Shown here: positions 55,186-64,000 of the stretch, one piece after another
How the letters are laid out: each line of letters begins with the position of its first letter
How positions within the stretch are numbered: position 1 is the first letter of the stretch
Source of the DNA: an uncultured Acidobacteriota bacterium
GTDB lineage: Bacteria > Acidobacteriota > Blastocatellia > RBC074
DNA: 64,000 nt
Direction: 5' to 3'
Assembly: GCA_963796275.1 (NCBI GenBank)
Contig: CAWCKY010000006.1
Location: 736,001-800,000, forward strand
Program-made: the position numbers and the translations under genes
The notes under the pieces: generated by a model
Databases searched by the model: none
Seen by the model: the letters and a program-made list of their open reading frames with translations, nothing else
Told to the model about the DNA's origin: nothing

Positions 55186-56583
55186 TCAAGCCCATTCTCT
55201 CGATTCCGCTACGCTGCGGCCGTATGGCTTCATGCCGAGCCAGATGACGAGCGTGCCCAGCGGACCCAGTAAGAGACCGGTTAAAGAGAGCGAAAGCCCG
55301 ATTTGACTCTCGGACTGGAAGACATAATCCGTAAAGACCGCCACAATGGTCGGCCCTATTCCGACTCCGATCACGTTGAAGACGAACAGGAAGAGAGCCG
55401 TGATCTGCCCGCGCATCTGATTGGGCGTAATGATTTGAAGCGCGGCATTGAGCGGGGCTGCGGTACACGCCAGCCAAAAGAGGCTGAATGTCGATACGGC
55501 GATGGCCAGATAAGCGTTCGGCATGAACGGGAACATTATCCCAAACGGCAGCGCCACCAGCTTGGCCAGAAAAACTACGCGCAGGTTCGCGTCGTCGCGT
55601 CCAGCTTTGGCGAAGCGCTCGGCGAGTATGCTTCCGAGCAGCGCTCCGATCGGCAAAACGGCGATGATAATCAGTCCCTGGATCAGCCCGTATTCTTTAG
55701 GCGTCCAACCGAAAGTCCGCATGTAAAAGGCGGGAGCCCAACTGGCGCCGCCGATGGACATGACGATTTGAATGCCCATCCCAATGAATATCGGTGCGAA
55801 GGTAGCTCTGTTCTTGCCTAGGAAAGCGAACACGTCTCTGATCGGAATAGGCTTTGTTGAATCATTCGTGTTAGCGCTGATACGCCCTCTCCTCTTAGGC
55901 TCGCGAACCGTAGCCAGCAGAGCGGCCACGATCAGTCCGGGTAGTCCGACGACGACGAACGTCAGTTGCCAGCCACGCATTGTCGCGCCGATCAGAGGGA
56001 GAGTTACCGGAGGCAAGTTTAAAAACATTTGCGTGATAGCGCCGCCGATGATCAGAGCCAGGCCGGTTCCGGCATAGAATCCGAAGTTGAGAAATGCGAT
56101 AGCTCTCGGCAGTTTTTCTCTGGGAAAAAGATCTGCGAGCATCGAATAAGTCGCCGGCCCGCTGCACGCTTCACCAGACCCGACACCAACTCGGCAAATA
56201 AAGAGCTGCCAGAAGCTCTGAGCCAGGCCGCACAACGCGGTCATGAAACTCCAGATCGCGACTCCGATGCCGAGGATGGCTCGCCGGCTCTTATAATCCG
56301 CCATCCTCGCGATGGGAAGACCGAGAATCACGTAGAAGCAGGAGAACGCGAACCCCATCACCAGACTCATCTGGAAATCGCTCAGTCCCAGGTCGCGTTT
56401 GATCGGCTCGACGAGCAGGGAGACGATCCCGCGGTCGAGAAAGTTGATCATGAGCGCGAGGGCGAAAACGAAAACCGCATACCAGGCCCGGGCCGGGCTG
56501 GGCCAGGGTTCGCTCGTTGCGTCTCGCGCAATTCTCTCATCAGCCAAAGAATCGGCGGAGATTTTAGTCGCTTCAGTGCTCAT
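55186..56583 (-). CDS. MFS transporter (spinster-like)
   Basis: NFLDRGI, IKRDLGLSD, ARMADYKSRR, VGSGEA, LADLFP, PNQMRG. Confidence 0.92.
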   Translation of the reverse strand: MSTEATKISADSLADERIARDATSEPWPSPARAWYAVFVFALALMINFLDRGIVSLLVEPIKRDLGLSDFQMSLVMGFAFSCFYVILGLPIARMADYKSRRAILGIGVAIWSFMTALCGLAQSFWQLFICRVGVGSGEACSGPATYSMLADLFPREKLPRAIAFLNFGFYAGTGLALIIGGAITQMFLNLPPVTLPLIGATMRGWQLTFVVVGLPGLIVAALLATVREPKRRGRISANTNDSTKPIPIRDVFAFLGKNRATFAPIFIGMGIQIVMSIGGASWAPAFYMRTFGWTPKEYGLIQGLIIIAVLPIGALLGSILAERFAKAGRDDANLRVVFLAKLVALPFGIMFPFMPNAYLAIAVSTFSLFWLACTAAPLNAALQIITPNQMRGQITALFLFVFNVIGVGIGPTIVAVFTDYVFQSESQIGLSLSLTGLLLGPLGTLVIWLGMKPYGRSVAESREWA

Positions 56584-56623
56584 CCAATACTCCTTCGGAC
56601 ATTCGCTGCTTCGTGGTTGATCT

Positions 56624-57523
56624 TCATTCCAAGACCAGCTGGCTTGCCCTGGCTTTGGCGTTCATTTGGCGGCGGCCCTCTTCGATCGCCAATCGCCTGG
56701 GATCGGCTTCGCCTTCGGGCAGAGCCGCCAGGATTTCGTCGAAGAGCGCCTTCAACTCTTCCTTGAATTCGGGGTGGGTGAAGATATAGAGGTCATTGCG
56801 TCGGATGCCGCGCAGAACTTTCTCGCCCATCTCTTCTGGCTCCATTCCGAATTGATGTATCTCCGGCAGCCTGGCCATAAACTCCTGATTGGCGGGCCCG
56901 ATGTCGGTGGAGAACTGCGGCGGGCGGATCTTGTCGCTCTCGTATATGGCGGACTTGACAAGCCCCGGACATACCACGGAAACGCCGATGCCATAAGGCA
57001 TCAGGCTCCAGCGCAGCGATTCGCTCAGCCCGCGCACGGCGAACTTCGCGGTCGTATAAACGCCCGCACCGGGCCCGGTGATGAACGAAGCCATCGAGGC
57101 CGTGTTCACGATCTGGCCCCCTTCGCCGTGTTTCTTGATCCGGGGGACGAAGGTCCGGATGCCGTTGATCACTCCGCCGAGATTGACGCCGAGCAACCAG
57201 TCCCAATCTTCATACGTGCATTCATCCATCGGCGCGAAAAAATTGACGCCGGCGTTATTGCAGACTACGTGAACCTTGCCGAACACCCGTTCCGCCTCGT
57301 CCGCCGCGCGATTGAAGGCCGCGCGATCGGTCACGTCCAACCGGATCGGATGCGCGCTTCGGCCCGTCTCACCGAAATGAGCCATCGTGCGATCGAGATG
57401 ATCCTGCCGGATGTCGGCGATAACTACCTTCATGCCGGCGTCATGAAAAACCTTGGCCATACCGAATCCGACGCCGCTGCCGCCGCCGGTGATAAAAGCA
57501 ACTTTTCCCTGTACGTCTTTCAT
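56624..57523 (-). CDS. SDR family oxidoreductase resembling sphingomonad Calpha-dehydrogenases (LigN/LigO/LigD)
   Basis: TGGGSGVG, ADIRQDHLD, NNAGVN, DWDWLLGVNL, NTASMA, YTTAKFAVRGLSESL, CPGLVKS; start MKDV at 57523. Confidence 0.88.
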   Translation of the reverse strand: MKDVQGKVAFITGGGSGVGFGMAKVFHDAGMKVVIADIRQDHLDRTMAHFGETGRSAHPIRLDVTDRAAFNRAADEAERVFGKVHVVCNNAGVNFFAPMDECTYEDWDWLLGVNLGGVINGIRTFVPRIKKHGEGGQIVNTASMASFITGPGAGVYTTAKFAVRGLSESLRWSLMPYGIGVSVVCPGLVKSAIYESDKIRPPQFSTDIGPANQEFMARLPEIHQFGMEPEEMGEKVLRGIRRNDLYIFTHPEFKEELKALFDEILAALPEGEADPRRLAIEEGRRQMNAKARASQLVLE

Positions 57524-57566
57524 AGCGGACCTTTCAATCAAGACTGCCCTTCTACGCGTCCCGACA

Positions 57567-59354
57567 TTAGAGCGGACACCCGCAGTCTTCATCACTCTCC
57601 TTATTTTCCGGAAGCGGGCAGCCGCAGTCTTCCTCGCTCTCTATTTTTTCGGGTGCAGGGAAGAAGTAATGCCGAACATCGTAGCTCGGACGGATCGCAG
57701 TCTGCGGCCGCCATTTGTCAATGGATGCGGATGTCGTATGAGCGAGATCGGTCGTCAGCCAGAGCGGGTTCGTTTCGCCGCCGACGATGACGACATTGAT
57801 GTTTTCCGGCTCGTTCCATGGCGCGATCAACGTGTCATCCGGGACTTTAGCCCAGGTGGCGTACGGTTCGACTCCCCGCCGCGCGAGCGGAACCATAAGG
57901 TTGCTCACGACATCAGCTTCCCAATATTGTTTCGCGGGTATCTTGACGTTCTCCGAGAGCCACCGGGCCAGAGATTCTTTCGTCTCGAAGCCGTGATTTT
58001 CTTTAAGACCTTTCGCCACCAGCGGGTCCATGACCAGCGTGGCCATTGAACGAAGCGCCTGAAACGCTTTCAGCATAATTGCGGTCTCTTCGTGCGCGCC
58101 GCGGCGGTTGGGGGCGCCCATGGCGTTGATGAAGCTCCAACCTCTGAAGAGACTGACGACGCTCTCTTCGGGGCGGAAGCCCTTTTGGACGTGGAACGAT
58201 CCCCAGACGCTCTTCTCTTCATTCTCGGCGACGCACATATTGTTATAGTTGAGATTGTTCCCCTGTGAACCGAGGAAAGTCTCTCCTACTTTGGTGTTCC
58301 CGAGCGTCAGGGTCATCAAAGTCCAGGCCCTGCCGATCGCCGAATTGGCCAGATTCACTGGACTCAGCGCGCCGACCCCGCAATTCATACCTATTTCATG
58401 CCGGATCGGGCCGTTGACGACCATCATTCTGCCGAATGAAGTCGTCGAACTCGGGATGGCGGGTTCACCGGTCGAGGCGATCGCCAGTAACACCGGAAGA
58501 TGCTCCGGTCTGGCGCCCGCCATTACCGCATTGATGGCGACCTTCTCGACGGTGTATTGCGTCCCCCGCTCTTTCTTGGTCGTGATGGTCATCTCGCCGA
58601 TAACCTCATCGGGAGGATGGCCTGTTCCCGTTAGCATTTCAGCCACTTTCTCTTCCGTGGGAAGAATGATCGGCAGTCCATCCGTCCAGCCGTTCTCATA
58701 AAAGAGGCGGCGAAGATTGTCTTCAGTATCCCGTTCCAACAGTCGCGGCTGTTCTGAGAAGGTCGAACTTAATGAAACCTGTTCAAAATTCTCCTGGGTG
58801 AGCGTGTCGATCACGCGCCGCATAATCGGAACGCCGGACACCGGGTCGTCCCCTTCGACATATCGGCGGAGGGTTGAGATGGGCATTCCCACGAGCGGAT
58901 GCGGAGTGAAGGTGAACGGCAGGACCATCCCGTGTATGCGCTGCTCCTTCGCCAGAAAATCGGCGAACCTCATCGTCGCCATCGGAGCTGTGGGGATTCC
59001 GTAATCTTTTTCCAGTCTTCTGCAGTATTCGGCGACCGCCGAAGAGCAGCCGTCTCAGCCGCCGACGCCGAAGATCACGGCATCGCACCTCCGCTTCAAT
59101 TCAGTCCAAAACTCCGGTTCATCCGTAAACATGTTTCCCGGCTTCCTCATAACTTCGGTCTTCACCGAAGGCATCCGTCTGGAAAACCATCCCTTCATCT
59201 CCTCCAGAAATTCATAAGCCCCGCCAAATCCGACATCCACCAGATAAACAGTTTTGCCTTCGATCTCACCAAGTCGGGGAGCCAATGGGGCCGGCTTTGT
59301 CGTATGAGTCGGCCGGCCCACCGGGTTCAAAACCGTATAAAGTGTTTTGGTCAT
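57567..59354 (-). CDS. UGSC-family selenoprotein (Sec100, UxxC) fused to an uncharacterised domain, 595 aa
   Basis: GAGGAG-ATG 59354; in-frame TGA at 59057-59055 in GVGG-U-DGC; the frame continues into ORF 57567-58982; SECIS hairpin follows. Confidence 0.88.
59020..59049 (-). promoter_or_regulatory. Bacterial SECIS element
   Basis: TTCGGC-GGTC-GCCGAA upper stem-loop begins 11 nt after UGA, loop starts with G; lower stem CTGC/GCAG. Confidence 0.8.
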
Positions 59355-59440
59355 TGAGTTCTCCTCAGCGGCACAGCGCCGTGCGCGTGCAACCAAACAG
59401 GTGATTGCAGCGCGCGGTGCCGATCGCGGTATTGATCGGA

Positions 59441-62400
59441 TCAAAAGATGAACTTCAACCCGAACTGAATCTGCCGGGACGAATTGACCGTGTTGAGAAA
59501 TCGCCCGACGTTCGGATTCGGATTCGGCGTCGGGGCAGCGGCCGTTCCAGTGAAAAGAGTAAATTGTGAAGGTGTCTGGAAATTCGGATGATTGGTGGCG
59601 TTGAAAACCTCCGTCCGGAACTGTATGTCCAATTTCTCTGAGATCTTCGTATTCTTCAACATAGCGAGATCGACATTGAAGAAGCCCGGCCCCCTGATCG
59701 AGTTCCTCGGCACATTGCCCAGCATGCCGAGAGGCTGCAAGACATAGCAGCTCGGATCGAACCACTGATTCGGATCGCCTATCAGCCGATCAGAATTACA
59801 ACCCGGGGCGCCGGAATAGTTCGGACGATCTCCGACGATACCGCCCAACCTCGACCGGGCGGGGAAAGTGAAGCCTGTCTGGATATTGATCGGAGTACCG
59901 TCGTAGGTGCGCAGGATTCCGCTCAATTGCCATCCTTCGATCAACTTGTTTCCGCGGAAGGGTAATGGATAGACGGCGTTGGCGCTGAAAGTGTGGGGGA
60001 TATCGAACGAGCAGAGTCCGCGATCGTAGGCTTGATTCAGCGCGTATGTTATCGGAAATGCCCCTTGTTCGAGACCGGAGCTGACCGAGCCGTCGTCGAT
60101 ACACTTCGACCACGTGTAGGCCGCCCCAAGGACAAATCCCTGACTGAACTGCCGATTGAGGCTCGTCTGCATAGAATGGTAAGTCGAGTGGCTGCTCGGC
60201 GCGACGTTGTTCAGTGAGCCGAAGTTGGGATTGGTCGCCATCCCCGAAAAAGGATTGCCCGGCGTGCCAGGCGAGCCTATGCCGCCAAGAGTCCCCATGG
60301 GCAGGTTCTGGTCGCGAATGGAGAACAGATGGACGCCACTCGAGCCGACATAGCCTACTGATGCGATGAAGCTGCCGGGAAGCTCACGCTGGATCGTCAG
60401 GTTGTATTGCATCGCATAAGGCGCGGTGTCTGTCGAATAGTCGAGCCCCGCGAACGCGGTATAGTTCGCGGCGAAGACGGATCCCGGCGGCAGCCCAATG
60501 CCATAGGGGTTTGAAAGAAGCAGTGGCGGAGCCGTAGGATTGCCCGTGGCTAGCCGCAGATTGACCAGAATGTTGGCGCCAGATGGCGGAGCCAGATAAA
60601 AGGCTGGCGCGTATGTGCGAGGGGCTACTGGCTCGTGGAAGATTCCGAAGCCGGCGCGTATCGATGTCTTGTGATCCTTGAACGGATCCCAGGCCAGGCC
60701 GATTCGCGGATCGAGATTCCAGAGGTTCGGATTTTTCGCCAGCACGCGATCGACTGTTGTGAATCCAGTCGATGTCAAGGGATCGAGGATCACGTTGAGA
60801 GGAATCCCTCCGGCTCCCTTGGCGTTCGTCGCGAACGCATATCGCAAACCCAGATTGAGCGTCAGTCGCGGCGTCACCTTCCAATCGTCCTGGATGTAGG
60901 GGAAGATGTCGATTTCGCGGAAATAGCGGGCAGTGGAGAAATCCGGTGACGGCGCCGCCATTCCCAACATATTGAGCGGCGTTCCATTCAGGAAATTCTC
61001 GAGCGTGCCAAAGGTGAAATTTCCGCCGACATAGGCCGGTGCGGAGAGGTTGGTTTGAACCCGCGTCACCGTAGCGCCTATCTTGAGGCTGTGTGATCCG
61101 CTGTTCAATATAAGGTCGTCTCCCACAGTGAACTTGTTCTGTACGAGGACAAACGGCACCGTGCCGCTGGCGCCGATCGGTGTGACCGGCCCGAGAGCCC
61201 CGGTGGCGAAGATCGCGCCGTCCTGCCGCCCTCCGCCGATTATCTGGAGCGCAGGCGTAGAGCCGTCGGTGCGGCCGCGCTCGTTGGTTCGCGTGAAGCT
61301 GAATCGAATCGAGTTGACCACCTTTGGCGAAAAGATCCGTTTCTCTTCGATGGTGAAAAACTGGTTTTTCGTATTGTCAACTTCCGGCCATAAAGCGAGT
61401 TCAGAGAGCGGAAAAGGGATGCGACGGAACGCCCTGTTAACAATATACCGCCCGAAGAGAGAATCCTTCTGCGAGAACGCGTAATCCATACGTCCGAGAA
61501 CATAGTCCTCGTTGATGATCTCATCGGCGACGGATGTATATAGCCCCACGCCGGTTCGACGGCCTTGAGCATCGAGCAGGTCGGCGCCTATCGGCAATCC
61601 CGGCGCGGCGGAGGCGTTTGGAAACGGATAGAGGTCCAATATCTTCGCTATCATCGCCTTGTCGGGATTCGGATCATTGGGATTCGGGACGCCTAAGTTT
61701 ATGTCGGGAGTGGAAGCCGTGCAGGCGGCAGTACTGTTGAGCGCGGCGCAAGGCAATATTCCCTGATGTACGTTCGCGTTCGGAACGAACAGGCGGCCGG
61801 TCTGGCCCTGCGACTGGCGAAGGCCTTCGTAAGTTCCGAAGAAGAAGAGCTTGTCTTGCTTGATCGGTCCTCCGAGCGCGCCTCCGAACTGATTCCTGCG
61901 AAACGTGGGTATGTCCGCCACCGGATCGTCGAAGTAATTCTTCGCGTCGAATACGCTGTTGCGCAGAAATTCGAACGCCGAACCGTGCAGCGCGTTCGAG
62001 CCGGATCTACTCACAGCGTTGACGACTGCGCCGGTTCCTCCATATTCGGCGCTGTAGGTGTTGGTCAATACGCGGAACTCCAGAATCGCCTCGACTCCGA
62101 GAGAATTGCCGGTGACCGACGATCCCGCCCCGTGATTGAAAAATCCCTGCAACTCAGTGTTGTCGAGCAGGAACGATTGTCCGACCGGCCTCGAACCGGA
62201 GACCGAATAGTTTGTTCCCTGACCGTAGAAAGTGGCCGATCCGCCTCCCCCGGCCGGGCTTTGGGGGACGGCCTGCACACCGGGCGACAGCGTCATCAGC
62301 GCCGTAAAATTTCGCCCATTCAGCGGTAGATCGCGCATCTGGGTTGGGGTGATGAGGGTAGAGACCGAGGCGGTACGTACCTCCACTTGCGCTGCCTCGC

Positions 62401-62794
62401 CTACCACGGTAACCGTCTCAGTCGTCGCGCCGGGTGACAGCGTCAGATCCGCGACAGGCTGGCTGCCGACCGTCAGAGTGATCCCCGTGCGGACTACCGT
62501 CTGGAACCCGGTGGCCGAAGCCCGAACTTCATATTCGCCGACGGGCAGATTCGGTATGTTGTATCGCCCCTGTGAATCTGTTATGGCAGATTGTGTGATT
62601 GAGGTTCCGAGGTTCTTCACCTCGATCTTCGCGCCGACCAACACCGCCCCTGAACTATCCGCAACTGTGCCTGAGATGGTCGCCGTTCTGACCTGCGCCT
62701 CGATACGAATCACGCCCACTATGACGATCAGAATAAAGGCGTATATCGAAGCGTTGCAGAACAGCTTCAACTTCCACATTTCCATTCTTGGCAT
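59441..62794 (-). CDS. TonB-dependent receptor with N-terminal carboxypeptidase-regulatory-like domain (Oar-like)
   Basis: ISGTVADSSGAV, LPLNGRNF, YSAEYG, QDDWKVTPRLTLNLGLRY, C-terminal RQIQFGLKFIF; AAAGGAG before ATG 62794. Confidence 0.93.
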   Translation of the reverse strand: MPRMEMWKLKLFCNASIYAFILIVIVGVIRIEAQVRTATISGTVADSSGAVLVGAKIEVKNLGTSITQSAITDSQGRYNIPNLPVGEYEVRASATGFQTVVRTGITLTVGSQPVADLTLSPGATTETVTVVGEAAQVEVRTASVSTLITPTQMRDLPLNGRNFTALMTLSPGVQAVPQSPAGGGGSATFYGQGTNYSVSGSRPVGQSFLLDNTELQGFFNHGAGSSVTGNSLGVEAILEFRVLTNTYSAEYGGTGAVVNAVSRSGSNALHGSAFEFLRNSVFDAKNYFDDPVADIPTFRRNQFGGALGGPIKQDKLFFFGTYEGLRQSQGQTGRLFVPNANVHQGILPCAALNSTAACTASTPDINLGVPNPNDPNPDKAMIAKILDLYPFPNASAAPGLPIGADLLDAQGRRTGVGLYTSVADEIINEDYVLGRMDYAFSQKDSLFGRYIVNRAFRRIPFPLSELALWPEVDNTKNQFFTIEEKRIFSPKVVNSIRFSFTRTNERGRTDGSTPALQIIGGGRQDGAIFATGALGPVTPIGASGTVPFVLVQNKFTVGDDLILNSGSHSLKIGATVTRVQTNLSAPAYVGGNFTFGTLENFLNGTPLNMLGMAAPSPDFSTARYFREIDIFPYIQDDWKVTPRLTLNLGLRYAFATNAKGAGGIPLNVILDPLTSTGFTTVDRVLAKNPNLWNLDPRIGLAWDPFKDHKTSIRAGFGIFHEPVAPRTYAPAFYLAPPSGANILVNLRLATGNPTAPPLLLSNPYGIGLPPGSVFAANYTAFAGLDYSTDTAPYAMQYNLTIQRELPGSFIASVGYVGSSGVHLFSIRDQNLPMGTLGGIGSPGTPGNPFSGMATNPNFGSLNNVAPSSHSTYHSMQTSLNRQFSQGFVLGAAYTWSKCIDDGSVSSGLEQGAFPITYALNQAYDRGLCSFDIPHTFSANAVYPLPFRGNKLIEGWQLSGILRTYDGTPINIQTGFTFPARSRLGGIVGDRPNYSGAPGCNSDRLIGDPNQWFDPSCYVLQPLGMLGNVPRNSIRGPGFFNVDLAMLKNTKISEKLDIQFRTEVFNATNHPNFQTPSQFTLFTGTAAAPTPNPNPNVGRFLNTVNSSRQIQFGLKFIF

Positions 62795-62959
62795 TCTTTC
62801 TCCTTTCATTATTCATCGCCTGCGTTAAGTAAGGAATCGATAGCGATTAATCCGCATGCGCCGCATTTGGTGGATGGCGCAACGGACTGCAAGAACGGAG
62901 ATCAATTTAGACTTCAGAGAAATGGGCTCTGATATTTATGAAAGCCGAATACGAGAGCC

Positions 62960-62988
62960 TATATATGCCCTTGTCCTTCTGCTGTCAA
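62960..62988 (-). promoter_or_regulatory. Possible sigma70 promoter for the TonB receptor cluster
   Basis: TTGACA-17 nt-TATATA. Confidence 0.35.
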
Positions 62989-63220
62989 CTCTGTTATATC
63001 AGTTTTGAAAGATTACATTCAGATTCGCGACGATTCAGAGGGTTCAGGCGATTCATATGACCGATGCACAAAAATGGGAGACAGTATCCGACCCCCAAAA
63101 GGTCTCCCAAAGGGAGAATTTCCGGTTCTGAATCATGCACACACCTGTGATAGAGTAGCTCTTCAGTTTTATCCTCCTTCAAATTCAATAACTTATTAAC
63201 CAAGATTGAAGGGAGGATCT

Positions 63221-64000
63221 ATGCATCGAACAGAAACCTTACTCTTCTCTTTCGTCGTTCTCCTTCTCCTCTCCATCATTTATGCGCCTTCATTCGGGCA
63301 GTCGACATCCGATCAACGGGTTTTAAAGGTACGAACCGAGCTGGTGAACGTTGATGTTCTGGCCAAGCAAAAAAAGACCGGGCGCATCGTCAATAATTTG
63401 GATAAGGATGATTTCACCGTCCTCGAAGATGGCATCAAGCAGACGATTTCGCATTTCGGTCAGGAGCGGCTCCCGCTCTCGATAATCCTGCTCGTAGACC
63501 GCGCCGGATGCATCAACGCCTTCAATGATCGGATTCGGGGGGCGACGATCGATGCGTTCAGCCGGCTCAAGAGCGAGGACGAGGTCGCGATCATGACCTT
63601 CTCCAGCAAAGTGAGCCTTGCTCAGCCGTTCACCCGCGATCGCCAGTTGATCGCCGACCAGATCATGGCCGTCGAGAGGCAGCATCGGAGCGAGCAACAT
63701 TATTTCAACGCCGGCATATACGAAGCCTCGACCTATATGAGCAAGGCGGCCAATCCCCTGGGCAGGCGGGCGATCATCGTGCTGACCAGTCTCGAGGCGA
63801 GCATCGATTTTTCCAAGATATCGGAGAAGGAAGCGCTCGAAGCCTTGCTTGAATCAGGCGCTGTCGTCTCGGGCGTTCTCGTGAAGACGCTCGGCGCGCG
63901 CCTGGAGCAGGGGGTACGCGGGAAGCCGACCAGCATCCTGCGCCACGTCGGGTTGCGATCTGGCAGTCTGAAGATGTTCGTCGAGGAGACAGGAGGTGAG
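63221..64000 (+). CDS. VWA-domain protein, acidobacterial type (partial, runs off the window)
   Basis: Not in the ORF track. GGAGG-ATG, signal peptide, VRTELVNVDV, DFTVLEDG.KQ.I..F, PLSIILLVDRAG, RRAIIVLT. Confidence 0.85.
   Translation, partial: MHRTETLLFSFVVLLLLSIIYAPSFGQSTSDQRVLKVRTELVNVDVLAKQKKTGRIVNNLDKDDFTVLEDGIKQTISHFGQERLPLSIILLVDRAGCINAFNDRIRGATIDAFSRLKSEDEVAIMTFSSKVSLAQPFTRDRQLIADQIMAVERQHRSEQHYFNAGIYEASTYMSKAANPLGRRAIIVLTSLEASIDFSKISEKEALEALLESGAVVSGVLVKTLGARLEQGVRGKPTSILRHVGLRSGSLKMFVEETGGE

Noticed and set aside
59355-59765. Long N-terminal extension of ORF 59055..59765
   Set aside because: Overlaps the TonB receptor 3' end in another frame; the GAGGAG RBS and family-like sequence begin at ATG 59354

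Overview
64 kb of bacterial chromosome, very probably Acidobacteriota (ADOP-type duplicated permeases, acidobacterial PadR, VWA protein, carboxypeptidase-domain TonB receptor, DUF1592/DUF1552 pair). The left third is mostly housekeeping: sulfate ABC transporter, transketolase, P450, prolyl oligopeptidase, osmC, tex, rfaE2, a frameshifted LarA-family gene and tRNA-Leu(CAG). The middle holds a nodI/nodJ-like exporter split by a methyltransferase, a decaying 22.7-26.2 kb stretch, D-aminoacylase, LRR proteins and an ADOP permease array. Top finding: the two ORFs at 57567-59354 (-) are one 595-aa selenoprotein. An in-frame UGA lies in a U-D-G-C (UxxC) motif, a canonical SECIS hairpin begins 11 nt downstream, and the protein ends in a duplicated CGCPL tail. 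It sits in a cluster TonB receptor > selenoprotein > Lig-type SDR > MFS > SDR, with no glutathione S-transferase in the window, which suggests (inference) a glutathione-independent, selenol-based aryl-ether cleavage route. Second finding: a four-helix-bundle gene bracketed by inverted heptamer arrays has an internally deleted copy beside it and an 'empty' counterpart at 22.7 kb, and many similar heptamer or nonamer hairpins fill other intergenic spaces. Several REP/MITE families are also present. All family assignments are from motif recognition only; no searches were run.
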